DNA of 15,598 bases from Microcystaceae cyanobacterium (GTDB lineage Bacteria; Cyanobacteriota; Cyanobacteriia; Cyanobacteriales; Microcystaceae), in NCBI GenBank assembly GCA_041746575.1, contig JBGTGT010000104.1, positions 1 through 15,598 of the forward strand. The letters run 5' to 3'. Below the pieces are notes generated by a model that made no database searches, was not told the DNA's origin, and saw nothing but the letters and a program-made list of their open reading frames with translations. This document shows positions 6,639 through 15,462 of this stretch, in pieces; within the stretch, counting starts at the first letter, position 1; the number at the start of each line of letters is the position of its first letter. The position numbers and the translations under genes were made by a program.

Positions 6639-8522
6639 ATGTTGAGCTTTTTCCCAACTCCCTACCCAGACGAGTTACTTTACAGCATATTGGCTCGTTA
6701 TCATCTGCGTAGTGGCAATAATAGCCCTAAAATCACCCTTAAAGAACTTTTTGACGACCCTAATACTATCGCAACAGTTGACCTTCCTGCTAATCTTGAC
6801 GCGCTGATTCAACAACTTTCCCTATTCTCTCACTACACCGTCGAAGATTTAATCAATAATTACACCCTTTACCCCTACTATGCCCCATTTATGACCCCTC
6901 AACGGGCAATTACCATCCAAAACTCCATGAAAGCACAATATGGAGGCAATATTCATACTCGTATTGGGATTGTCGCCAGTTCTATTCCCTTGCTTCAATA
7001 CCTTCGTTTTTGTCCAGATTGCCTTAAAGAAGACGAAAAACAGTATGGGGAAGCTTATTGGCATCGAATTCATCAAACAGCAGGGGTTTTAGTTTGTCCT
7101 CATCATGGCATTCCCCTACACGATAGCACCGTCGCTTTTCAAAGACTCAACCGCCACGAATACGAAATTGTCAGTCCTCAAAATTGCCAATTAAACACTT
7201 CGATACCTCACTATAGTTCTCAAGCCTTAAAAAGCTTCATCCAACTAGCTCAAGATATTGCTTGGTTATTGGAACATCCTCAATCTTCTCAAACCTTTGA
7301 TTATTACCGTCAACGGTACTTAAACCGTATGATTGAGCGAAAACTTGCCACAGCCTCCCATAGAGTCCATCAAAAGCCCTTAATTGATGAATTTATCTTC
7401 TTCTACGGACGAGATGTATTAGAACATCTCAACTGCATGATTGATTATAACGATTCTAGTAACTGGTTATCGAATATTGTGCGAAAAAATCGCAAAGTGT
7501 TCCATCCGATTCGTCATATCTTAATGATGCGCTTTTTATTTGGTTCTGCTAAAGCCTTTTTTAAGAATGAAGACAATTACAAACCCTTTGGTGATGCACC
7601 TTGGTTATGTTTCAACGGTGCAGTTGAGCATTATCAGCAACCTGTCGTTACTAATCTTCAAATTAGCCATTGTTTAGAGAATAAAAAGCCATTAGGGACG
7701 TTTACTTGCTCCTGTGGCATGATTTACAGTCGTACTGCTTCTGATAAAACCCCGAAAGATAATTATTCCATCGGAAGAGTGATTACTTATGGCGAAATCT
7801 GGGAAAAACGCTTACAAGAATTGGTAGAAGGTGAAAAATTAGGATTAAGAGCCACGGCTAGAGCTTTAAAGGTAGATACCCGCACAATTAACCGCTATAT
7901 TGATAAATTAGGGCTTAATGCTTCTTGGCAATCTTTACCCCCTCAACCGACACCAGCAGACACTCAACCCCCTAATAATCATAATCCTCAAGCTGAATAT
8001 CGTCAGCAATGGTTAGACCTTCAAAAAACCTATCCTGACGCAACAAAAACCACCTTTAGAAAGCAATTTCCTGCGCTTTATATATGGCTGTATCGCAATG
8101 ATAAAGACTGGTTAAATGAGCATTCACCCACCTTACAGCGTCCTGTTTCTACTAACAACCGAGTCAATTGGCAAGAACGAGATAAACAGATTAAACTGCA
8201 AGTAGAAGAAGCGGTGACTCAACTGCTCAATCTTGATATTCCCCAACGTATAACCATCGGTAAAATCGGCACAATGACGGGTTTAAAAGCCATGTTAGAG
8301 CAGAAGTTGGATAAATTACCCTTAACTCAAGCTTATCTCTTAGAAGTCACTGAATCGGTCACAAAGTTCCAAAATCGGCGAATTCAATGGGCAATTGCGG
8401 AAATTCACCGACGAGGCGAAGAAGTTAAAACATGGAAGGTGATGCGGTTAGCAGGAATGAAGGAACATGAATTTGAGAGGGTGGAAAAGATGGTTTTGAG
8501 TATGACGAAAAGTGTAGTGTAG
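6639..8522 (+). CDS. tnsD: Tn7-like target-selector protein TnsD (TniQ domain plus C-terminal DNA-binding extension)
   Basis: FFPTPYPDELLYSILARY, LRFCPDC....YGEAYWHRIHQ..GVLVCPHH zinc motifs, HPIRHIL, an HTH-like GLRATARALKVD, LY.WLYRNDKDWL, RVNW..RD. At 627 aa it is much longer than a Cascade-partner TniQ. Confidence 0.92.
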   Translation: MLSFFPTPYPDELLYSILARYHLRSGNNSPKITLKELFDDPNTIATVDLPANLDALIQQLSLFSHYTVEDLINNYTLYPYYAPFMTPQRAITIQNSMKAQYGGNIHTRIGIVASSIPLLQYLRFCPDCLKEDEKQYGEAYWHRIHQTAGVLVCPHHGIPLHDSTVAFQRLNRHEYEIVSPQNCQLNTSIPHYSSQALKSFIQLAQDIAWLLEHPQSSQTFDYYRQRYLNRMIERKLATASHRVHQKPLIDEFIFFYGRDVLEHLNCMIDYNDSSNWLSNIVRKNRKVFHPIRHILMMRFLFGSAKAFFKNEDNYKPFGDAPWLCFNGAVEHYQQPVVTNLQISHCLENKKPLGTFTCSCGMIYSRTASDKTPKDNYSIGRVITYGEIWEKRLQELVEGEKLGLRATARALKVDTRTINRYIDKLGLNASWQSLPPQPTPADTQPPNNHNPQAEYRQQWLDLQKTYPDATKTTFRKQFPALYIWLYRNDKDWLNEHSPTLQRPVSTNNRVNWQERDKQIKLQVEEAVTQLLNLDIPQRITIGKIGTMTGLKAMLEQKLDKLPLTQAYLLEVTESVTKFQNRRIQWAIAEIHRRGEEVKTWKVMRLAGMKEHEFERVEKMVLSMTKSVV

Positions 8523-8552
8523 TTTTTAAATTACAAAGTTTGATTTTCCAAT

Positions 8553-9137
8553 TCAAACAAAAGCACGAAGCGTAATTGAAATTCTTCGCCCTTTATTTTT
8601 TGAGAAGTGAGGAACTTCATGAGTCCAGTATTCATTAGTCTCATACGGCATAATAAATACCCCTCGATTTTCAGCAATAAAATCTTTATAGTTTGAACTG
8701 AGTTTGGATCTTAATCGAAAAATTCGTGTTTGACCTAAAGATATTGTGACGATAGGTGTTCCGTCAATTAATCCTATGGTACTATCTTGATGTTTACCAA
8801 TATAATGCTTTTGAGATCCTTCATACCAATTAACTAAAACACCATTAAGACGACTATCGATAGCATTCTTAGACCATTTTAAAAAAGGGGTTAATAAGGT
8901 CGGAAGAGGTAAAGCTTTATTAATATTTCCAGTATAGTAGTAATCTTTATCATAGGCTTGTTGCCAACGGGGAGTTTTTACCCATCGTCCATGTATCATA
9001 ATCGTATGAAAATCTTGAGGATGGAGTTTCCATAAATCCTCAAATAAATGATCATTTGTATAAACATCAGGAGGCAAGATGCCCGTATAAAACTTACATT
9101 GTTTGTCTAATTCATGGCAAGTAAAGTCAGCATACAT
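8553..9137 (-). CDS. AlkB-like 2-oxoglutarate/Fe(II) dioxygenase (ALKBH2/3-like)
   Basis: TPRWQQAY, LVNWY, HQD (HxD), IVTISLG..R.F, WTHEVP, RISITLR. Confidence 0.9.
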   Translation of the reverse strand: MYADFTCHELDKQCKFYTGILPPDVYTNDHLFEDLWKLHPQDFHTIMIHGRWVKTPRWQQAYDKDYYYTGNINKALPLPTLLTPFLKWSKNAIDSRLNGVLVNWYEGSQKHYIGKHQDSTIGLIDGTPIVTISLGQTRIFRLRSKLSSNYKDFIAENRGVFIMPYETNEYWTHEVPHFSKNKGRRISITLRAFV

Positions 9138-9205
9138 AAAGAGTCACGATAATTAGTAGAAATTGAGTCTCAATTTATATAAAAATAATTGTCATTTGTC
9201 AATAG

Positions 9206-12200
9206 TTAAGGAGAACCTTCTTGATTATCAGATTGTGGTTGACCACTATAATATTTATGTCGAAGGATGTTGAGTTCGGGAAAATCAAATATATCAGATG
9301 GACTTCCTTTTAAAGCAAGATTACGAGCATCCTTAAGCATAGGATCATTTACGTCTTCAGTACAATCTTGTACTATATTACTACCAAATAAACCTAAGAT
9401 TAAAATATAATTTTTTACTAATTGATTAGGATAATCTAACTCTGAATTAAGAGCTTTTTTGACAGATTGTAAATGAGAGTCTTGTTTAAATGAACTATAT
9501 TTATGTCCTAAATATAGCCAAGTTTCAGTTGCCATAAGCTTCTCTACTATACTAGACGATTCTAACGTAGAGAATTCAACAATTATTTCCCATTCTTGAC
9601 CATCAATATTGGGTAAGAAGCGCATCGCTCTTAAGGTAATTGCTTTTAGATATTCAGAAGATAATTCACGATTTGTGTAATTTAATAAAGTTCTAATCTG
9701 AGGGCAGAATCCCTGTCGAGCCAAGCTTTCTAGTATATGAATAGGATCTCGAATAATCCAGAATTTTTCACCGCATAAGATTTCCATTAAAGGTGTAACT
9801 ATCTCCTCAAATCCTAAGATCGAAAGTCTAAATAATGTAAAACGAATATATCTTTGAAATTTTCTTTGTTCGTTCAGTTGGTCATTATTCAATTCACATA
9901 GCTTTTGCCAGCTATCACAAAATAATTCCACTAATTCGTTTCGCAATTGTTTGCGTTTTTCATCCAAAATGTTATTTGAAGACTTAAAAATAGCTGCCCA
10001 AATCATAGTTTCAGAATATGAATTATCATTAGGAGGTAATGAATTTTTTATTTCTCCTTCCAAGTCCAAAATATCTAATTGTTGTTTTAAATCTTTCTCT
10101 CTTCTTTTTTCATTGAATAAATATTTATATATCCTTCTACTAAGTTCAGTCGGCTGAATATAAATATGAATAGCTCGAAGACACTGCTGATATTGCTCTA
10201 TATTATGCCACCACCGTTCATCATCATCATAAGATTTTTCTAATAAACTACGATGCTCTGGATTCAAAATATACAGATAATTTATGATACACTCAAAGTC
10301 TTCTTTTAATCTATCTAAACACTGATCTTCTTGTTGTAAAAATTCATCGCGGCTTAATTTCTCTGTTTTATTTCGATTCAGATTTAGCTCTAGCTTATCC
10401 AATTCTTCAACTAAAATCTTTTCTACCTCATCCACATCTTCTGGATCTGGAACAATAAAAATCATATCATCTACATAGCGATGAAGTTCAGCTTTTGGTT
10501 CTCTATTTAGTCCAAATCTAGTGTCTATTGCAGTGAGGTATATATTCTGGTAAAAACCAGAGCCAATACTTCCTTGAGTTATTCCTTTCCCTACTTCATG
10601 TTCATCAATATTTTTAGAAAGTAATAAGCGAATTAGCCAGCGTATGCGCTCACTCTCTGTTCTAAACTCATGACAAAGTTCATCGTATAATTGAGATTGA
10701 ATTATTTTTGTGTAAAATGACTCAATATCAACTCGCAGAATACCACAATTAGGATATTTTTTGGCACTATCCTTTGCTTGTGTCATATAAGCTTGATAAG
10801 CATCAAACCAATACCCATAAAAATATTCTGTCTGTCTTCCTCTATAATCTCCTGCAATTTTATAAGCATAACTATTACCTCGTAACTTAGATGCTTTGTC
10901 TCCTAATTGTTGAATAATTGCCACAGAAAGGATTTCTTCTTCAATGCGAGAAAGCCCTTTAGGGCGAGTATCATTGATATTCTTAGGAACTTTATAATGA
11001 ATGCTTTCATCTGTTAAGGCAACCTCACGAGCATAAGCACACAATTTTTCTCTTAAATCACCAAGTCTAGCCTCAAGATTCATTTCAAATAGACGCATTT
11101 CCGTTTCATCATACAAGGTTTCTCGTAAAAGATTATGACGCGCTCTCGCCCATGCTAATCTAAGATTATCTAGACTGATAACATCATTCCAATGAGAATC
11201 TCCTTCTAAATCAGCACTCCAAATTGTCTGCAAGTCTGCATAGAACTCCACAGGATTACCTATTTTTGCTCTCCCTTTATCTTTCCAGTAACTACCTTCA
11301 GGATTTTCAAAATAAATCTTATGGTAATCTGAGTGATTCTGATTAATTTTATGCTTATTTCCTAAAATGAGTTGTAAAGTATGTGCCATTTCTTGAATTC
11401 TTTGACTGAGAGGAACTTCACTATTTGTACCGATTTGAACCTGATTTTCCATATTTTTAGTACCAATCGTTAAGATGTGCATTACATCTATGGGAACATC
11501 TTCTATCAATTGTCTATAGGATTGGGCTTCAGCAGTACCAAGTCGTATGCCATTTTCTTCAACAGATTCATCAATATTAATATCTAAACTTTTTAACTCA
11601 TCTATTTTTGCTTTCTCGTTTCTATAATTTTGACTAAAGGGAGAAATCACATTAAGTTGCATCACTAAAGTGTTTGTAAAGCATGGTAGCTGAGAAGATG
11701 CACGTTCTTTGTCAAGCAACTGACGTATCTCAATTGAAGCATTTGGAAATCCCTTAATGACTGATTTATAATCTAGATTGACTAGATCATTGGTCAATAA
11801 TTTTAGATGTTCCATCATTTTATGATAGAGTGCAATAGCTCGATGACTTGGATCTACACCGATGAAAAAAAGATTTATATCTTTGGTCAATTTTCCACTT
11901 TCTTTTAAATACAGAACCGCTTCTAAAAAAGCAGCAGAACCAGCACCAGCACCACAACCTATGTCCAATACGCAGATTTTCTGATTATGTCTTAACCAAT
12001 TGATCAGTTTTTCTTTTGTTATGATATATTCTAGAGAATGCGCTGCTTTAAAATAATGACTAGGAAAAAGATTATAATATTGAAACGCAATATGTTTTAA
12101 GTCTTCTTGTTGTAAGATTTCCTTCCATTTGCCTCGTGGATCTATTGTCTTATATCCTTTAGCCTGTTCAAGATTATCAAGCCACTGATGTACCGCAGTA

Positions 12201-12256
12201 TAAGCTTCTGCGATAATGGGATGAAAAGTGCGATGGGTGTTTGAATTACTGTTCAT
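9206..12256 (-). CDS. Fusion of a class I SAM-dependent methyltransferase, a reverse transcriptase and a C-terminal alpha-helical (HEAT-like) region (UG/Abi, DRT-like)
   Basis: VLDIGCGAGAG (DIGCGAG at 11945-11965) and FIGVDPS. RT motifs: NLRLAW, VPK...TRP, SYAY, VDIESFYTKI, GITQGSIGSGFYQNIYL, RYVDD (YVDD at 10466-10477), LNLNRNKT. Followed by about 380 aa of Leu/Glu-rich sequence, probably helical. Confidence 0.9.
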   Translation of the reverse strand: MNSNSNTHRTFHPIIAEAYTAVHQWLDNLEQAKGYKTIDPRGKWKEILQQEDLKHIAFQYYNLFPSHYFKAAHSLEYIITKEKLINWLRHNQKICVLDIGCGAGAGSAAFLEAVLYLKESGKLTKDINLFFIGVDPSHRAIALYHKMMEHLKLLTNDLVNLDYKSVIKGFPNASIEIRQLLDKERASSQLPCFTNTLVMQLNVISPFSQNYRNEKAKIDELKSLDINIDESVEENGIRLGTAEAQSYRQLIEDVPIDVMHILTIGTKNMENQVQIGTNSEVPLSQRIQEMAHTLQLILGNKHKINQNHSDYHKIYFENPEGSYWKDKGRAKIGNPVEFYADLQTIWSADLEGDSHWNDVISLDNLRLAWARARHNLLRETLYDETEMRLFEMNLEARLGDLREKLCAYAREVALTDESIHYKVPKNINDTRPKGLSRIEEEILSVAIIQQLGDKASKLRGNSYAYKIAGDYRGRQTEYFYGYWFDAYQAYMTQAKDSAKKYPNCGILRVDIESFYTKIIQSQLYDELCHEFRTESERIRWLIRLLLSKNIDEHEVGKGITQGSIGSGFYQNIYLTAIDTRFGLNREPKAELHRYVDDMIFIVPDPEDVDEVEKILVEELDKLELNLNRNKTEKLSRDEFLQQEDQCLDRLKEDFECIINYLYILNPEHRSLLEKSYDDDERWWHNIEQYQQCLRAIHIYIQPTELSRRIYKYLFNEKRREKDLKQQLDILDLEGEIKNSLPPNDNSYSETMIWAAIFKSSNNILDEKRKQLRNELVELFCDSWQKLCELNNDQLNEQRKFQRYIRFTLFRLSILGFEEIVTPLMEILCGEKFWIIRDPIHILESLARQGFCPQIRTLLNYTNRELSSEYLKAITLRAMRFLPNIDGQEWEIIVEFSTLESSSIVEKLMATETWLYLGHKYSSFKQDSHLQSVKKALNSELDYPNQLVKNYILILGLFGSNIVQDCTEDVNDPMLKDARNLALKGSPSDIFDFPELNILRHKYYSGQPQSDNQEGSP

Positions 12257-14705
12257 AGATGTACTCTTTAGGAATTAAGTTAATAAAAGGACTGGGAGAT
12301 TTAGAATAACCTTTAGAATCTTTGGCAAAAGAAGAAATAAATAACTTTTTCTTAGCTCTTGTCATTGCTACATAAAATAATCTTTTTTCCTCTTCTAATT
12401 TGTCATCACGAATGCTAAAAAAGCTTGGAAATTCATCTTCTGTCGCACCTGCAATAAAAACAATGTCAAATTCTAAACCTTTCGATTGATGCACAGTAAT
12501 AATAGGTATTTGATTGTTATTTTTGGAAATTTGATCTAAATTTTTAGCAAGTGCTGTGTGTTCTAAGAGAGTTCGTAAAGCCGTGTCAGGATGTAAGTCA
12601 TTATCATCAAGTTCTTGAAAAATGTTGACCAAAAATAATAAATTTTGTGAGCGTTTAGTGTCCGATTGATAATAACTATAAAGCTGAGATTCTATCAAGA
12701 CTTTGTTTAATAATTCTGGTGGTCTTAAATTTTGACTTGAATCACGCCAATCATTTACCTGTTTAGCTAGTTCTTTAAATTCTTCTTGATATTGAATTCC
12801 TAAATTTTTACGAGCATCTGAATTTGCTTGAATGAGTGGAATTAATACGGCTAATAAATCAATAGTCGTTCTGACATCATCCATTCCCTTATGAGTGGGA
12901 AGATGTTTAAGATTAAGATGTTTAGCTAAAGACTCTAAAGTGTAACGTTCTGCTGTAATAAAACGTCTCGATAAATCTAAAGTGTCTTCCCAAGGTAATT
13001 TTGGAACACTTAAACCAGCTTTTTGTGCTTGAGCCGTTATCATCTTAATATCAAAGATTATATTGTGTCCAACTAGCATTGAATCTTTTATAAAATCAAA
13101 AAATTTATTGAAAGCATTTTGAGGTGATTCTCCATATTTTTCAAGAAATAGATCACTATATCCGTGAATTAACTCTGAGTCACCGACACTAACTGTATTA
13201 ACAATATAAGTATGAAATCTATCTTTAGGTAATCCATTGATTAGACGAATAGCTGCAATTTCTATTACTTCATCCTGACTAATTGAAAATCCTGTTGTTT
13301 CAACATCAAAGACAACAATTGAACCTGACGTATAGGCTTTTATTAATTCTCCAAAAGGATCTCCCTGAATGAAGGTTTTACTTGATACCATATCCGTTAA
13401 GCTCAAACCACATATTTCTCCCTTTTTCATCAAATTTTTAATGGTTTTGTCACCAATTTCTCGCTTGGGGCGTAGTAACATTCTACGCATTGCACTCGTA
13501 TCGAAAGGATTTATAATCAAACGCAAATAGGCTAAAGCATCTTTGACCTCTTGGTGCATAAAAAACTGAAATTGTTCAATTGTTAAACAAGGAATATTCA
13601 TTTTTTCTAACATTCGACTAACAATTTCTGTTCGCTTATGACTTCGGGAAAGAACTGCGACTTTGCTGTAGTCAATATTCGTCTGTGTTTTTGCTAAATC
13701 TTGTACTTTGTGGCTAATCCATTCTGCTTCTGATTCTTCGTTTTTTGCTCTATAAACTTGAATAGATTCTCCCTGTTTGCAGTTAGGAGAAGGGCTAATT
13801 TGAGTTTGTCGAGTTTCAAAAGAGTCTGCAAAAGCTGAAGCCGCTTTTAGCAATGTTTTTGTCGCTCGATAGTTCCAAGTTAAAAGATACTTGGTAGGAT
13901 GGAAATTATCATTAAATTGTGAAATAACTTCGTAAGGTTCAGAACCTCGCCATTCATATATGGTTTGATCTAAGTCTCCTATCATAGTTAAATTACCACT
14001 TCGCTTTGCCAAGTGATTCACAACTTGATATTCAGAAAGATGAGTATCTTGAACTTCATCAACCTGAATAAAATCAAATTTTTCTGACCAGCGTTGATTG
14101 ATGTCTTTTTCTTGAGATAACATGGCTCTGACATAAAACAGCAAATCCGCAAAGTCTAAAGCATGACGTTTTTGCAGTATCGTTTGATATTGACTAGCAC
14201 AATCAGCAAATTTATTTCCTCGTAATAAATACAGTTCGTTTAATGAAATATTCAAAGACAATTGATGATTTTTCGCTTGATTTTTGCAAGTAGTTATTTT
14301 AAAGAAAACGCTTTGTGCTTCCCGATGATCTGATAAACTAAAAACTTCTTTAACTAATTCAATACAGTCAGCGTCATCATAAACGACAAAATCCGATGGT
14401 AAACCAATCTCACGAGCTTCTGTCCTCAGCATAGATGAGCATAAGCCATGAAAGGTTTTTATAGTTAACTCGGATAAGTGCTGTGGACAATACCTAGCTA
14501 ATCTTTCGCTCATTTCCTTGGTGGCTCGATTAGTAAAAGTTAGGCATAGTATTTTATTGGGTGAAATGCCTTTATTTATAGCGTGTACGACTCGCTCAGT
14601 TAAAACACGAGTTTTCCCTGTACCAACTGGCGCAAGCACCAAAACAGCACCTTGAATGTGATTGATAATAGCTCTTTGTTCAGCGTTTAGCTCATTTGGA
14701 GACAC
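12246..14705 (-). CDS. UvrD/PcrA-like SF1 helicase with an inserted DnaQ-like DEDDh 3'-5' exonuclease domain (GTG start)
   Basis: Helicase motifs: APVGTGKT, LTFTNRA, TFHG, VDEVQD, GDLDQTIYEWRG, NYR, TVHQSKGLEF, EEKRLFYVAMTRAK. Exonuclease motifs: FDVETTG, GHNIIFD, HKGMDD. Confidence 0.93.
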   Translation of the reverse strand: MSPNELNAEQRAIINHIQGAVLVLAPVGTGKTRVLTERVVHAINKGISPNKILCLTFTNRATKEMSERLARYCPQHLSELTIKTFHGLCSSMLRTEAREIGLPSDFVVYDDADCIELVKEVFSLSDHREAQSVFFKITTCKNQAKNHQLSLNISLNELYLLRGNKFADCASQYQTILQKRHALDFADLLFYVRAMLSQEKDINQRWSEKFDFIQVDEVQDTHLSEYQVVNHLAKRSGNLTMIGDLDQTIYEWRGSEPYEVISQFNDNFHPTKYLLTWNYRATKTLLKAASAFADSFETRQTQISPSPNCKQGESIQVYRAKNEESEAEWISHKVQDLAKTQTNIDYSKVAVLSRSHKRTEIVSRMLEKMNIPCLTIEQFQFFMHQEVKDALAYLRLIINPFDTSAMRRMLLRPKREIGDKTIKNLMKKGEICGLSLTDMVSSKTFIQGDPFGELIKAYTSGSIVVFDVETTGFSISQDEVIEIAAIRLINGLPKDRFHTYIVNTVSVGDSELIHGYSDLFLEKYGESPQNAFNKFFDFIKDSMLVGHNIIFDIKMITAQAQKAGLSVPKLPWEDTLDLSRRFITAERYTLESLAKHLNLKHLPTHKGMDDVRTTIDLLAVLIPLIQANSDARKNLGIQYQEEFKELAKQVNDWRDSSQNLRPPELLNKVLIESQLYSYYQSDTKRSQNLLFLVNIFQELDDNDLHPDTALRTLLEHTALAKNLDQISKNNNQIPIITVHQSKGLEFDIVFIAGATEDEFPSFFSIRDDKLEEEKRLFYVAMTRAKKKLFISSFAKDSKGYSKSPSPFINLIPKEYIYEQ

Positions 14706-14964
14706 AAAGACTTCTCTCTTTATTCGATACTTAATCCTAAAATTCCCCTATTTCAGAAAATATTTTATAGGTGTAATAAATCTTCATAATCTGCTGGCTG
14801 TCTTGTTAGGATCAACGAAGGGTAAAGAGTAACAAGCTTCCTCACACCTCTTTCATTAGTTCATGCGTTTTTATTCCCTACTCCTACAAGCCTTGATAGA
14901 GATGGCGATCACTTTATCAGATAGTTTATCTGATCCTTATATGTAGATTAGCCTTTTCTGTTTT

Positions 14965-15127
14965 TAGAAATTTACCAACTTTATTATCTAATAAAAGTGA
15001 GTTTAACAACTGCCAAAGAATTGACTAGCTATAATTTACCAACTTTATTTTTTGCAGTTCTCTTTTACCCAACGAGAGATTAAGCATTAGATTCATAGAA
15101 ATTTACCAACTTCATTATGTATCTACA
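14965..15127 (-). repeat. Tn7-like transposon end (left-end architecture) with three spaced TnsB-binding sites
   Basis: AATTTACCAACTTYATT at 14969-14985, 15033-15049 and 15100-15116. The minus strand reads TGTAGATA-CATAATGAAGTTGGTAAATT, i.e. a TGT-starting 8-bp terminus followed by a site resembling Tn7's GACAATAAAGTC. Candidate 5-bp target-site duplication ATATC at 15128-15132. Confidence 0.85.
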
Positions 15128-15462
15128 ATATCGATATTGTGAAAGAAAACTAAAACGGTCGCAAAGACTTGTTTCTCGTAAAATCAAAGGTTCTGGTAAC
15201 AGGAGTAAATCTAGAGTTAAATTAGGTAAAGTTCACCTCAAAATAAGTAGGCAGCGTAAAGACCATGCTGTGAAGTTAGCGCGGTGCGTAATCACATCTA
15301 ACGATGTAGTAGTCTATGAAGATTTGAGGATTAAGAACTTAGTGAAAAACCACTGTCTTGCTAAGTCAATTAACGATGCTGGATGGTATCAATTTAGAGT
15401 TTGGTTGGAGTATTTTGGTAAAGTATTTGGGCGATTGACTGTTGCGGTTAATCCTGCATATA
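15128..15462 (+). pseudogene. tnpB: Internal fragment of an IS200/IS605-family tnpB
   Basis: YR..ERKLKRSQR.VSRK.KGS.NR.K.R..L.KVH.KI.RQRKD, VVVYEDL.IKNLVKNHCLAKSI.DAGW.QF...LEY, VNPAY. Lacks the N-terminus/RuvC-I and the C-terminal zinc finger/RuvC-III. Confidence 0.9.

Larger units (their letters stand above)
1..15127. mobile_element. Tn7-like CRISPR-associated transposon (type I-B CAST), partial; the other end and tnsABC are presumed to lie left of the window
   Basis: cas6/8/7/5 with no cas3, cas1 or cas2 in the window, a minimal array, an adjacent TnsD/TniQ-family gene, and a Tn7-like end with three TnsB sites terminating in TACA at 15127. The left boundary is not visible, so inclusion of 1-1500 is inferred. 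Confidence 0.85.

Noticed and set aside
6849..7076. 75-aa minus-strand ORF
   Set aside because: Antisense to tnsD.
9951..10157. 68-aa plus-strand ORF
   Set aside because: Antisense to the RT fusion gene.
2315..12256. Diversity-generating retroelement (Avd-like gene plus RT)
   Set aside because: No template/variable repeat pair with adenine-specific mismatches was seen. The genes are 6.5 kb apart on opposite strands, and the RT is a 1016-aa fusion unlike DGR RTs.
9206..12256. CRISPR-associated RT for spacer acquisition, group II intron, or retron
   Set aside because: No cas1 or cas2, no intron domain V or maturase pattern noticed, no retron VTG motif, and no evident msr-msd inverted repeats.
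14969..15116. The three 17-bp direct repeats as a second CRISPR array
   Set aside because: Too short and non-palindromic. They match the Tn7 TnsB-site pattern and end at a TGT/ACA terminus.
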